A stretch of DNA of 64,000 nucleotides from contig CAWFJP010000003.1 of assembly GCA_963816145.1 (NCBI GenBank), forward strand, positions 96,001 through 160,000. The letters run 5' to 3'. Below the pieces are notes generated by a model. It worked only from the letters and a program-made list of their open reading frames with translations, was not told where the DNA came from and did no database searches. Position 1 is the first letter of the stretch. Every line of letters starts with the position of its first letter. Shown one piece after another: positions 28,474 through 41,000 of the stretch. The DNA comes from an uncultured delta proteobacterium. GTDB taxonomy: Bacteria; Desulfobacterota; Binatia; UBA9968. Both the position numbers and the translations under genes were made by a program.

Positions 28474-28521
28474 ACTTCGGATCTGAGGGTTGGGGGTTCA
28501 AATCCCTCCTGGCGCGCCATT
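28474..28521 (+). repeat. attR-like duplicate of the tRNA-Arg 3' half
   Basis: ACTTCGGATCTGAGGGTTGGGGGTTCAAATCCCTCCTGGCGCGCCATT, matching 17218-17265. Confidence 0.92.
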
Positions 28522-28554
28522 TGATAATCATCATCAACATCGCCCGCACCATGA

Positions 28555-28995
28555 ATGGAAAATCCGCTGCGCAAGCAAATTGAAGTCGTCGCCGGGTTAA
28601 TCTTCGATCGGCACAAATTGTTGGTATGCCAGCGCCATCACAGCGCCGCGTTTCCACTCAAGTGGGAGTTCCCCGGCGGCAAGATTGAAGCAGGGGAGTC
28701 GGACACGGCGGCGCTGGCACGGGAGCTAAAAGAAGAGCTTGATATCCGTGCCGGTAGGATGAAACAGCTTCATCGACATCTCCATACTTATCCAGACGGC
28801 CCTGTTGTTTCTCTGAGCTTTTTTCACGTCCTCGATTACCAAGGTGAGATCAAAAATCTGGTTTTTGAACAGATTGCCTGGTCCGAGTTGGCGAGATTAT
28901 TGAATTTTGACTTCCTCGACGGCGATTTGCCCTTGGTGCAACAGCTTGTGCAAGGGAAATTCTCGGCAGATCTCTTTGGCGGCGGGGGATATTAG
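28555..28995 (+). CDS. NUDIX hydrolase, MutT-like (d)NTP pyrophosphohydrolase
   Basis: WEFPGGKIEAGESDTAALARELKEELDI Nudix box. Confidence 0.92.
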   Translation: MENPLRKQIEVVAGLIFDRHKLLVCQRHHSAAFPLKWEFPGGKIEAGESDTAALARELKEELDIRAGRMKQLHRHLHTYPDGPVVSLSFFHVLDYQGEIKNLVFEQIAWSELARLLNFDFLDGDLPLVQQLVQGKFSADLFGGGGY

Positions 28996-29027
28996 CATTG
29001 AGGCGGATTTACCGAGCCATATTGGAT

Positions 29028-29056
29028 TTGACAGCCCGGCGCGGTGAAGCTATCCT
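29028..29056 (+). promoter_or_regulatory. Sigma70-type promoter of the lytic transglycosylase gene
   Basis: TTGACA-17 bp-TATCCT, about 30 nt before ATG 29086. Confidence 0.6.
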
Positions 29057-29085
29057 GTGGTCACTTCAAAGCTCCTCAACATCTC

Positions 29086-29694
29086 ATGACCCGAACACTC
29101 GTCGCTCTTAGCGTGTTGTCAATTTTCGCTGCCTTGGTTCAGCCTGTCCAGGCGGATGTCTACATGTACAAGGACAAGCAGGGGGTTTTGACCTTCACTA
29201 ATGTGCCGAACCATACCGGTTACAAGCGCATTCTCAAAGAAGGTCCCGCCCGGTCGGGTAGCGGCAATGCAACCAGCGCATCCTTTGACGACCTGATTCT
29301 CTCCGCCTCGGGCCGCTACAATGTCGACCCGGATTTGATTCGGGCGGTCATCAAGACCGAGTCCGATTTTAATACCAATGCGCGGTCGAATAAGGGCGCC
29401 ATGGGTTTGATGCAGCTCATGCCCGACACCGCGCGCTTGAACAATGTCAGCGATGCCTACGACCCCAATGCCAACGTCGAAGGCGGCGTGCGCCATCTAA
29501 GAATGCTGCTGGAACGCTATCAAGGCGATCTTGAGCTCTCCTTGGCCGCCTACAATGCCGGCGCCGGCGCGGTCGAAAAGCATGGCGGCATTCCACCCTA
29601 CAACGAGACCCGCGAATATGTCCGCAAGGTACTGCGCTTCTACGACGCCTTTCGCGGCACTGGTCTCAACTCTCTACAACAAGCGCGCCAATAG
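29086..29694 (+). CDS. Lytic transglycosylase (SLT domain) with N-terminal DUF4124-like region
   Basis: Signal peptide; DVYMYKDKQGVLTFTNVP; AVIKTESDFN..SNKGAMGLMQLMP..LAAYNAG..ETREYV. Confidence 0.92.
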   Translation: MTRTLVALSVLSIFAALVQPVQADVYMYKDKQGVLTFTNVPNHTGYKRILKEGPARSGSGNATSASFDDLILSASGRYNVDPDLIRAVIKTESDFNTNARSNKGAMGLMQLMPDTARLNNVSDAYDPNANVEGGVRHLRMLLERYQGDLELSLAAYNAGAGAVEKHGGIPPYNETREYVRKVLRFYDAFRGTGLNSLQQARQ

Positions 29695-29730
29695 CGCTTC
29701 GCATTTCACTATCGTTTCTTTGAGGCACCG

Positions 29731-30300
29731 ATGGTTTGGACACTGCCGAACCTGCTCAGTCTATTTCGCATTCTGATCATTCCGCTGCTGGTTTATTTGC
29801 TCAGCTTTCCGGACCGGCGCTCCGCGTTATGGTCGGCGGCGCTCTTTGTGGTGGCCGCGATCACCGATTACTTCGACGGCTACTTCGCACGCCGCAACAA
29901 AAGTGTTTCCGAGCTTGGCAAGATACTCGATCCGTTGGCGGACAAACTTATGGTCGCATCGGCTTTGATCATGCTCGCGGCATTGGACCGCCCGGGCGAG
30001 CCCAGCGTGCCCGCCTGGCTGGTGGTGGTGATTTTGGCGCGTGAAAGCGCCGTCACGATCATTCGCGGCATCGCGCTTAGCGACGGCATCGTCATGCACG
30101 CCGAGACTTTGGGCAAGTATAAATTCATCCTGCAATCCTACGCGATCGTCGGCTTGCTGGTGCATTATCGCTATTGGGGCTTCGACTTCTTCGTCGCCGG
30201 GATGTACTTCCTAGTGCTATCCGCCGTCATCGCGGTCTGGTCCGGGGTCAACTACCACGTGCAGTTCTTTCGCCTGCGCTTGGCGCGCAGTGCCAGCTAA
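29731..30300 (+). CDS. pgsA: CDP-diacylglycerol--glycerol-3-phosphate 3-phosphatidyltransferase
   Basis: LPNLLSLFRI and TDYFDGYFARR..LGKILDPLADKL; followed by tRNA-Gly, a common pgsA context. Confidence 0.93.
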   Translation: MVWTLPNLLSLFRILIIPLLVYLLSFPDRRSALWSAALFVVAAITDYFDGYFARRNKSVSELGKILDPLADKLMVASALIMLAALDRPGEPSVPAWLVVVILARESAVTIIRGIALSDGIVMHAETLGKYKFILQSYAIVGLLVHYRYWGFDFFVAGMYFLVLSAVIAVWSGVNYHVQFFRLRLARSAS

Positions 30301-30313
30301 TCCGCCGGCGAAA

Positions 30314-30342
30314 TTGACAAAGCGGCTGCCTTCATGTAGAAA
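30314..30342 (+). promoter_or_regulatory. Sigma70 promoter of tRNA-Gly
   Basis: TTGACA-17 bp-TAGAAA just upstream of the tRNA. Confidence 0.6.
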
Positions 30343-30352
30343 TTTATTCACT

Positions 30353-30429
30353 GCGGGTGTAGCTCAGTTGGCTAGAGCGTATGCTTGCCAAGCATAAGGT
30401 CGTCGGTTCGACCCCGATCACCCGCTCCA
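30353..30429 (+). tRNA. tRNA-Gly (anticodon GCC)
   Basis: GCGGGTG/CACCCGC acceptor stem, TATGC-TTGCCAA-GCATA anticodon arm, GGTTCGACCCC, CCA end. Confidence 0.96.
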
Positions 30430-30434
30430 CTTTC

Positions 30435-30468
30435 AAGCCCCTGGGAAACCAGGGGCTTTTTCTTTTTT
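30435..30468 (+). terminator. Rho-independent terminator after tRNA-Gly
   Basis: AAGCCCCTGG-GAAA-CCAGGGGCTT followed by a T-tract. Confidence 0.85.
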
Positions 30469-30719
30469 GAGGGAGTGGGGGGAGGAACCTGGCTAGCAAG
30501 ACGGTTTCACCTGGGTTGAACTTTTTCCGGGAAAATCTGCTTGCAAATCGAGGGGGGCTTGACCGAGTTTTCGCGGCTCTGATTTTCGATGAAATCGCGC
30601 CGCGTACCGCCGTCCTCGATGTATTTGGCGTAGTCGGCCTCAAGCGTTTTGGTGCTGTCGCCGCTCTGCTTCGAGATAAAACTGGAGCTGGCGCCGATCG
30701 ACTGGTTGCGGCGAGAGAT

Positions 30720-30983
30720 GGTGGCGACGCATGATCGGCCTACCTTAACAAAGTCGAGTAATTTATCATGCGCGAGTGGAAGCTAACACCTAATAGTAAT
30801 CGCCTAAAGGTGACGTTGCTTAACATTCTCGCCCGGAACGGCTGCTTTTTGTTTGTGAGAGTCGAGAAGAGTTCGGGAAACCCGACGTTCGACGATTCGG
30901 CAGTCCAAGCAGTACGGCGTGCCAGTCCATTTCTCCCGCCGCCAAAATCATTTCCTATTGGTGACCTCCGCATAATCCCTTGA
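30720..30983 (+). pseudogene. TolA/TonB C-terminal domain remnant
   Basis: GGDA*SAYLNKVE*FIMREWK...VRVEKSSGNPTFDDSAVQAVRRASPFLPPP, with two in-frame stops. Confidence 0.65.
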
Positions 30984-31219
30984 ACCGACGCGGCCCGTAT
31001 CAGCGAATCCGCTGCCCAACAAGCTTCCAAGGCAAGAGATTTCAGCTATTCAGGTCGGAGGACCAATCTTTTGCTGCGAAACGTGCTCGAATGATCGCCG
31101 AGAAACTGGCGAGTCATATATCTGAGTGTGTCGAAGCCTCGTACAGCTCAATCCTGTAGCGAAGTTGAGCATTCGCACATCACGACCCGTGAAGGAAATC
31201 TTCGATAGTTGTCCAACCG

Positions 31220-31354
31220 CTAGTATACCAACCTTGGTCTTGATCACCTTATCTGCTGTTGTCATCTCGCCTCGCTTCCTTCCTGCAGCTCTCAGCTGCC
31301 TTTTGGACTACGAGGACTCTATCATGACTGGCAGATTTAGTCTTAGCACTTACA
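31220..31354 (-). mobile_element. IS481-family left end plus transposase N-terminal fragment
   Basis: TGT-starting end TGTAAGTGCTAAGACTAAATCTGCCA at 31354-31329; ORF start MTTADKVIKTKVGIL resembles IS481 transposase N-termini, then similarity stops. Confidence 0.55.
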
Positions 31355-31774
31355 AATCAAGCGCTATTCGTTGTCGTCACTTGCGAACTCTAAGGCAGCT
31401 TCGTCTTTATGGCACAGGCTCCCTGCCTACAAGCGACGCTCTGACTAAACTGACAACCATTTTATCGCTGCATTCTAATCGACAAACTCTCGAACACGAT
31501 ACGAACCCACGCCCAAGTTGCAGCAGCGTCAAATCTTGGTAGTTGCTTTCACTCCATAGAAGGATACGCTCGAGTTGGGACGCAAAGCCAAGCAGCCGAA
31601 CGAGAATAGTTGTCGCGTTTATTCCCTAAACGGCAATGATTGTCTCAAGAGTCGTAAGCCGTACATCGCTCCTCTTGATTTTTTTGCTCAAGATTGCAAA
31701 AAGCTAGGACCGTATCCGCTAGTACGCGGCTGCAACTTGTCGAATAGATGCGCTATGAAATGAAGCGAATTGCA

Positions 31775-31990
31775 ATGGAACAAACAAAAGCAACACGAGG
31801 TGTGAACGAGTGCTAAATCACGAACAACAATATTCGATTTGGCCAGTGAAAAAATCGATTCCTCTCGGTTGGGAAAATGCGGGGAAGGAGGGGCCCGAGG
31901 GCGGATTGTCTGGCTTATATCAAGGAAGTGTGGACCGATATAAGATCGCTACGCTTGAAAAACATCGTGAGAAACAACTCCAAGGAATAG
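31775..31990 (+). pseudogene. MbtH-like protein, frameshifted
   Basis: [24 protein letters not shown] in one frame and [19 protein letters not shown] in another; the ATG at 31775 is also out of frame. Confidence 0.85.
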
Positions 31991-32068
31991 CAACGCGGCT
32001 GGGTTTAATGAAATCCATATTTATTTGTTAGTGGCGTACACTTATCGAAGCCGGAAAGTTTTTGTCTT

Positions 32069-35000
32069 ATGCAGATTGAAGACTCGTACCCTCTGACGCC
32101 AATACAACACGGCATGCTCGTCCATAGCTTGTCGGCGCCGCAATCGGGTGTTTATATCCAGCAGCTCGTTTCCGTGCTTCGCGAGAAATTGAACCTCAGC
32201 GCTTTTCAGCGTGCCTGGGAGCAAGTCTTGCGCCGCCATCCGGCTCTGCGGACAAGCTTTTTCTGGGAAAACACGGAGCAACCCGTCCAACGAGTCCATC
32301 GAGATGTCGTCCTTCCCTTGCAAAATTTAGATTGGCGAGATCGCGATCTTGATGATCAAGAAAACCAGTTAGAAAGGTTTCTGCAATCGGACCGGCAGCT
32401 CGGCTTTCACCTGGATCAAGCCCCGCTGATGCGATTGACGCTGATTCGCTGCGCTCAAACCGAATACCGATTAATTTGGACTTCTCATCACGGTCTATTC
32501 GACGGCCGCTCGCGCGTCTTGCTCCTTAACGAAGTCTTCGCGTTCTACGAAGCCATTTGTCGTGGCGACAACTTAAACTTAAGCAATCCGCCGCCCTATC
32601 GGTCGTACATCGACTGGCTTCAGAAACAAAACATTTCCAAAGCGGAGACTTTCTGGCGCACGAGGTTGAAAGACCTCAACGCGGGGCAAAGTCTGGCGGA
32701 AAATCATCGCCAAGCAACGCCGCAGCCGGCGCAGAGTTATGGGAAGAAGACCGTCCGGCTTTCCAAAACCGATACACGCGCCCTGCGCTCCATGGTCGGA
32801 CGGTACCAGTTGACCCCTAACACCTTGTTACAAGGAGCCTGGTCATTGCTCCTAAGCCGCTACAGCGGCGAGGAAGTCGTCGTCTTCGGCGCAACCCGGG
32901 CCGGCCGTCACGCGGCGTTCGAAGGGGCCGATTCCGTCGTTGGACTTCTGATCAACACGGTTCCGGTGCCGGTTCATGTGTCACCGAACAGCAGGCTGCT
33001 GCCATTTTTGCAGTCGCTGCGTTCGCAATGGATTGCCATGCGGGATTATGAGCATACGCCACTGGTCAAAATCCATGAATGGAGCCCGCTTTCCCCGGGT
33101 CAACCATTATTCGACAATCTGCTGGTTTTTGAAAATTACCAGCTCAATGCCTTGATGCGCGAGCAAGGCGAGCAGTGGAAAGCCCGCGATTTTCACCTGC
33201 GCGGAACGACCCATTATCCGTTGACGGTTGCCGGCTATCTAGGACCACATTTATCCCTGGAAATCACCTACGATCACCAGCTTTTTGATGATGAAACCAT
33301 CGAGCGGATGCTGGATCACCTGCGCACTCTGCTTGTGGAAATGATCCACCAACCGAACCGCCAGTTAGTGGACATACCGCTTTTAAGTCCGACCGAGAGA
33401 CATCAGCTGTTATGCGAGTGGAACGAGACCAAGACCGACTATCCGAAAGACGAGTGCATCCATGAGCTGTTTGAAATACAGACCGAGAAAACTCCGGACG
33501 CCATCGCGCTTATCTGCGACAACGAGCAGCTCACTTACCGGGAACTCAATAGTCGCGCCAACCGGCTTGCTCACTTCTTGGACAAACTCGGCGTCGGTCC
33601 CGACATGCTGGTCGGCATCTGCATGGAACGCTCCATAGAAATGATCGTCGGGTTACTGGGCATCCTTAAAGCCGGAGGCGCCTATGTTCCGTTTGATCCT
33701 TGCTATCCCGAAGAGCGGCTGGAGTTCATGCTGGGGGACACGCATGTCCACATTGTTCTGACCGATGTCATTGGGCTAGCGAGCCTGCCCGCCACAAGCG
33801 CCCGCGTCGTCTGTCTGGACCGGGACTGGGAAGCGATAGCGAAGGAGCCGGAAGTCAATTCGAGCAGTAGAAGCACTGCCGACAGTTTGGCCTACGTCAT
33901 TTACACCTCCGGCTCGACAGGTTTACCCAAAGGAGTGGAAGTGCGCCATCGAGGCGTTGTGCGTCTGTTGTTCGGCGTTGATTACGTGCAACTTGACAGA
34001 GCGCAGACTATTGTCCAATTGGCGCCGCTCTCCTTCGACGCGGCGACATTCGAAGTTTGGGGCGCATTACTGCATGGCGGCAAGTGTGTTTTGTTCCCAG
34101 AAAAAGTGCCGAGTCCCGGAGAACTCGAAGAATTACTGAAAAAATATCAGGTCACCACGCTCTGGTTGACGGCGGCACTGTTTAACCTGGTGATCAACGA
34201 AGAGCCACAGGCGTTATCCGGTGTGAAGCAGCTACTGGTCGGCGGCGAAGCGCTCTCCGTGCCACATGTTAGAAAGGGACTCGCCGAGTTACCGGGCACG
34301 GAAATCATCAACGGCTACGGGCCGACGGAAAGCACGACGTTTACCTGCTGCTATAGAATCCCGCGTGAACTTGACGAAGGTTTATCTTCTATTCCGATCG
34401 GCCGGCCGATCGGCAACACGCAGGTTTACATTCTCGATCCCTATCTAAACCCCGTGCCCATCGGTGTAGCTGGAGAGCTTCATGTTGGCGGAGACGGTTT
34501 GGCGCGGGGGTATTTGAACCTTTCTGAACTAACGGCTGAGAAGTTTGTTAAGCATCCGTTCAGCAACGATCCGCACGCACGTTTGTATAAGACGGGAGAT
34601 CGGGCGCGGTATCTGCCCGACGGCAACATCGAGTTTTTAGGCCGCATCGACAATCAAGTCAAACTGCGCGGTTATCGCATTGAGCTGGGCGAGATCGAGA
34701 CGGTGCTCAATCAAAACCCAGCGATTCGCGACGCGGTTGTCACTCTCCGGGAAGACAGTCCCGGAGACAAACGCTTGATCGCTCATGTTGTAACACACCA
34801 ACAGTCGAGTCCGACCAACAACGAGCTGAAGAACTATCTTAGAGAGAAGCTACCCGAATACATGGTGCCGTCGGCTTTTTTATTCTTGGAATCACTACCG
34901 CTAACACCGAATGGCAAAGTAGACAGAAAGGCTCTGCCGGGTCCGGATCACAGCCGGCCCGAGCTCGACGTTGCCTTTGCCATCCCTGCCACTCCGGTGG

Positions 35001-38000
35001 AGGAGATACTCGCTAACATCTGGGCCGAGATTCTCAAGCTCGACACGGTCGGCATCCATGACAACTTTTTTCACCTGGGTGGTCATTCCCTTATCGCCAC
35101 TCAGATCGTCTCACGCATAAATCAATCGTTCCAGATCGATTTCCCGTTGCGCAAATTGTTCGAGTCGCCAACCATTGCAGGCTTGGCCGAGCGCATCGAT
35201 CAATCCCTTGGCCAACAACAGGTACCGACTCTTCTCATCCCTGCCGTCCCACGAGCGAAAGATCCGCCGCTCTCCTTTGCGCAGCAGCGGTTGTGGTTCT
35301 TGGACCAGTACGAGCCGAACAGTTCGGTTTACAACATCCCCAGCGCACTGCGTCTCAAAGGATCATTAGACATCGCGGCCCTGGAGCAAAGTCTTAACGA
35401 GATCGTGCGGCGCCATGAATCGCTGCGGACGACCTTTGCGGCGGTTGACGGCGAACCGCTTCAGCTGATCGCGCCGGCACTGAGGATGTCGGTGCCGATA
35501 ACCGATCTGACCCATCATTCCGCAAGCGACCGTGAGCACGAAGCGCAAAGACTGGCGACCGAGCAGGCGCGCGAGCCGTTCGATCTTTCCCAAGGCCCGC
35601 TGCTCAGAGTCCTGCTGCTTTGTCTCGGCCAAGACGATCACGTTTTGGTTTTATCGATGCATCATATCGTATCGGACGGCTGGTCGAGGGGGGTGTTTTA
35701 CCACGAGTTGTCCATGCTCTACCAAGCCTACACCCAGGGCAACCCCTCGCCGCTTTCCGAGTTGCCGATTCAATACGCTGATTTTGCCGTCTGGCAGCGC
35801 CAGTGGCTGCAAGGAGAGGTGTTAGAGGACCAGCTATCCTACTGGAAAAAACAACTTGCCGGGGCCCCGGCTTTGCTCCAACTTCCCACCGATCGGCCGC
35901 GACCGGCAGTGCAGAGTTATCGCGGCGCGGTCCAATCGATAGAACTGTCCCAAGAGCTGGCCCAGGGACTCCAAGCGCTCAGCGCTCGACAAGGGGTGAC
36001 CTTGTTCATGACTCTGTTAGCGGTCTTCCAAACCCTGCTTTACCGCTACACAGGACAAAACGATATCGTTGTCGGCTCGCCGATCGCCAACCGCAACCGG
36101 GCTGAGATCGAGGGGCTGATCGGGTTTTTTGTCAACACCCTGGTCATGCGCACCGATCTCAGCGGTAATCCGACATTCAAAGAGTTGTTGACCCGAGTTC
36201 GCGAGACCGCTCTCGGCGCCTACACGCATCAAGACCTGCCCTTTGAAAAGCTCGTCGAAGAACTCCACCCCCAACGCAGCCTCAGCCAATCGCCGCTGGT
36301 TCAGGTGCTGTTTGTTATGCAAAATACGCCCGACATAGCCGCTACACTTGACGGACTCCGGGTCGTTGCGATGCCGATCGACGCAGAGACCGCAAAGTTT
36401 GATTTGACCTTCAGTTTGGCTGAATCCTCGGAGGGACTCAAAGGTTTTTGGAAATACAGTACGGAGCTGTTTGATAAGACGACGATCGACACAATGATCG
36501 GTCATTTTCACGTCCTGCTCCAGGCGATTGCAGCGGATCCGGATCGACGCATCGGCGAATTGCTCCTGCTGAGCGAGGAAGAGCGGCGGCGTCTCTTGGT
36601 GGAATGGAACGACACCGCGCGAGACTATCCTAAAGATAAGTGTATTCATAAACTCTTCGAGGAGCAGGCCGAACGATCACCGGATGCCATCGCCGTTGTC
36701 TTTGAAGATCAACGGCTGACGTACGAGCAGCTTAACCGCCAAGCCAACCAGTTGGCGCGGCACCTGATGGATTTGGGGGTGGGACCGGAAGTTTTAGTGG
36801 GCATCTACCTGGAGCGATCCCAAGAGATGGCGATCGCGCTCCTGGGCGTACTCAAAGCGGGCGGCGCCTACGTGCCGCTTGATCCGAGCTACCCCAATGA
36901 TCGCCTGGCCGTCATGTTGGAAGATTCTCACTTGGCCGTGGTGCTGACTGACAAGAAGTATTCGGGCCGATTCGGCCACGCCGCGATGGTGTGTTTGGAG
37001 CGGGACCGGGCAAAAATTGCCAGAAGGAATGATACCAATTTCGAAGCCAAAGTCTCGGCAAAAAATCTTGCTTACGTGGTCTACACTTCGGGTTCTACGG
37101 GGAAGCCCAAAGGCGTGGCCGTGGAACACCAGTCGCTGGTGAACTACACCTGGGAGATCGTGCGGCGATTGAAGCCGGCTTCCAACAACAGTTTCGCGAT
37201 GGTTCAACCTCTTACGGTGGACTCTTGCATCACCATGATATTTCCCTCGCTCATAAGTGGCAGCGTGCTCCATGTAGTGTCCAGGGAAAGAGCTCTAAGC
37301 GCTGACGAACTGGGCGACTACTTACAACGCGAATCTATCGACTTTCTCAAGATAGCTCCCTCGCACCTAGGCGCTTTGCAACAGGCCGGTTCCCCACCGC
37401 AGCTGATGCCGCGCCGCTGTCTCATCATCGGCGGCGAGGGTTCGCGATGGGAGTGGGCGCGATCGTTGCAGACACTAGCTCCGAACTGCACCGTTCTCAA
37501 CCATTACGGCCCGACGGAGACGACGGTGGGGGTGCTGATATATCCGATGCGCCCGGCAGATTCGAACCAAGAACATCCGCTCGGCACGCCGCTGGGGCGC
37601 CCGATCGCCAACACGCAGGCTTACGTATTGGATGGCAGTTTGCGGCCGGTTCCCGTTGGGGTGACCGGCGAGTTGTACATCGGTGGCGACAGTTTGGCGC
37701 GCGGCTATCTCAATCAGCCAAAGCTGACTCGGGAAAGATTTATTGCTGATCCATTCAGTGAAGATCCGGCCGCGCGGCTGTATAAGACCGGTGATGTTGT
37801 GCGCTACCTTTCGGACGGCAATATCGAATTTCTCGGACGCATCGACGATCAGATTAAGATTCGCGGCTTTCGCGTCGAGCCGGCCGAGGTCGAGGCCGTG
37901 TTGCTAAAGCATCCGCAAGTCGCACAGGCGGTGGTCGCGCCAGGGGATACGACCGAGGCTCAAACCTTGATCGCTTACGTGGTTCCCGCGGCGGATCGAC

Positions 38001-41000
38001 AACCGAGTCTTTCCGACTTACGCGACTTTGTGAAAACCAAGTTGCCAGAGTATATGGTTCCGTCGAACTTTCTGTTGTTGGATGCTTTGCCACGCACCGC
38101 GCATGGCAAGGTCGATCGAAAGTCGCTGCCGCCCCTGGATCGGAGCCGGAGGGCGCCGGAAGCAAGCGATGTAGTCCGCCGGAAAGCCACAGAAGAGTTG
38201 CTGGCAAGCATCTGGACCGAGCTGCTCAACCTAGACGAGGTCGGCATCCAGGATAACTTCTTTGACTTGGGAGGCCATTCGCTTTTGGCCATGCAGCTTA
38301 TTTCTCGGATTCGCGATGTTTTTCGGATCGAACTTTCTCTACGCAGTTTGTTCGAGGCCCCAACGGTCGTCGGACTAGCCAGGCGCATCGAATTGGCAAA
38401 ACAACAAAGCTCGATGTTTAAAGCTTTGCCGATAACGCCCGAGGCTATCGATAATCATTGTCCTCTATCCTTTTCTCAGGAACGGTTTTGGTTCTTCGAA
38501 CAATTGGCGCCCAACAACTCAGCCAACCATTTGACCCATGGATTTCGCCTCACCGGTCCTTTGAATATCGAGGCTCTGGAGCGATCTTTCGCAGAAATCG
38601 TGCGCAGGCATGAGACCCTACGCACGACGTTTCAGCTGAGAAACGGCAAGCCGGTACAGACAATCGCGGGGCATTGGTCCTTCCGGATATCGATTGCAGA
38701 TTTATCAAAGGAACCGCCCGACGATTTGGACAGGGAAATTCAACGACTTTTTGAAGCTGAGCAGAGGCAAGGTTTCGATCTAACGGCGGATCTCATGCTG
38801 CGGGCCACACTGCTGCGACTGAGCCTCAATGATCATGTGCTGTTTTTTAGCAGACATCACATTGCCTGGGATCACTGGTGCCTTGAGCTGTTTTACCGGG
38901 AACTTTCCAATCTGTATCGCGCTTTCTCTAACGGCAAACCATCTCCGCTTCCGCAGCTGCCAATTCAATACAGACACCATGCGCTATGGCAACGAAAGGC
39001 CTTTGAGGAAGGCGAGTTCGAGCGTCATCTGGTTTATTGGAGGCGGCAATTGAGCGGGACGCCGCCCGGTTTGAATTTGCCGCACGACTATCCACGAAAG
39101 CCGCTGGGAAAACGCCGCGGCAGCCGGAAACGCCTGGTTCTGCCTAAATCCCTATCTGGAGGGCTGAGGGCACTTAGCCGCGAGCGCGGTGTGACGTTGT
39201 TTATGACCTTCCTGGCAGCTTTTCAGACACTACTTCACAGATTGACAGGTGAGAATGACATCGTGGTCGGAACTCCGGTTGCGGGAAGAGACCGCTCCGA
39301 GATCGAAGGCCTTATCGGTTTGTTTTTAAATACCCTCGCCCTTCGCACCGATTTTTCAGACGATCCAAACTTCCTCGAGCTTTTGCGGAGGGTTCGCGAG
39401 GTTGCGCTTGGAGCCTATGATCACCAAGAACTCCCGTTTGAGAAATTAATAGAAGAACTGCAACCGCAACGAGATCTGACCCAAACGCCGATTTTCCAGC
39501 TGTTCATCAACATGTACAACTTCAATGAAGCCGGCGTCGAGCTTGACCGGTTGACTGTAACGCCGATGAGACCGGTTGAACAAGGGCCACAGTTCGATAT
39601 CGAGTTTTTCGTTAGGGAACATGACGATGGCACGCATTGCATCTTTCTCTACGACCTAGATCTGTTCGACGCCGCCACGATCGATCGGATGCTGGGGCAT
39701 TTTCAGATTCTGCTCGAGGGGATTGTGAGGGATCCCGATCGGCGCGTTAGCGAATTGCCTTTGCTCACAGACGCCGAGAAGCAGCAACTGTTGATTGAGT
39801 GGAACGACCCCAGGGTCAACTACCCAAAGAACCAGTGCATCCACCAGTTGTTTGAACAACAGGTCGAGAAGACTCCAGACACCGTCGCGATAGTCTTTGA
39901 CGACCAGCAAGTCACTTACGGGGAAGTTAACAACCGTGCCAACCAGCTGGCGCACTACTTACATAATCTCGGCGTCGGCCCTGAAGTGCTGGTTGGCATC
40001 TGTGTGGAACGTTCTTTTGAGATGATCGTCGGGATTTTAGCGATCCTCAAAGCCGGGGGCGCCTATGTGCCACTGGATCCGTCTTATCCTAAGGAGCGAC
40101 TGGCCTTTATCCTCGAGGATAGCCGGGCAGCGGTGCTGATCAGCCAAAGCTCGCTGATCGCGGGACTGCCGGTTCACAACGCAACGGTTCTTTGTTTGGA
40201 TCAAGACTGGGGAGAAATTTCGACCCAGAGCCAAGACAATCCGCCGCCTTTAACCACCCCCGACAATCTCGCCTATGTCATTTACACTTCCGGATCGACC
40301 GGAACACCTAAAGGGGCGCTGATCCCCCATCATAATGTCGTGCGACTCTTTCGCGCCACCGACTCCTGGTTTCACTTTGGCCCGGATGATGTCTGGACGC
40401 TGTTTCATTCCTATGCCTTTGACTTCTCCGTCTGGGAGCTTTGGGGTGCCCTTGTTCATGGTGGACGGCTGGTCATCGTGCCCTTTGACGTGAGTCGATC
40501 GCCGCGGGAGTTCTACGAGCTGTTATGCCGGGAGCAAGTCACGGTTCTCAACCAGACCCCCTCGGCGTTCCGACAGCTCGTGCAAGCGGAAGAGTCCATT
40601 ACCGACACTAGCCGGCTCGGACTTCGTCTGGTGATTTTCGGCGGTGAAGCGCTGGACTTTCAGAGTCTCAGGCCATGGTTCGAGCGCCATGGCGATCAAA
40701 GGCCCCGGCTCATCAACATGTACGGGATCACGGAGACCACCGTCCATGTGACCTACCGGGAGATCAAGGAAGCGGACCTGAGTGTCGGCGGGTCTAGCCT
40801 GATCGGTGCGCCGATCCCGGACCTGGAACTTTACGTTCTCGATTCCCATCGCAACCTGGTACCGATCGGCTTACCCGGAGAGCTTTATGTCGGCGGGGCC
40901 GGTCTAGCCAGGGGGTATCTGAATCGGAGCGGGCTCACCGCGGAGCGATTTGTCGGTCATCCTTTCGATGATGGTGAAGGGCGAAGGCTGTATCGGTCCG

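Larger units (their letters stand above)
17218..28521. mobile_element. tRNA-Arg-integrated genomic island (NRPS cargo, no integrase)
   Basis: 48-bp direct repeat of the tRNA 3' half at 17218-17265 and 28474-28521 with 2 mismatches; backbone genes resume right after 28521. Confidence 0.85.

Noticed and set aside
28474-28521. Second tRNA-Arg gene
   Set aside because: Only the 3' half is present with no D-arm or 5' acceptor strand; treated as an att repeat. The same applies to the tRNA-Lys half at 58921-58967.
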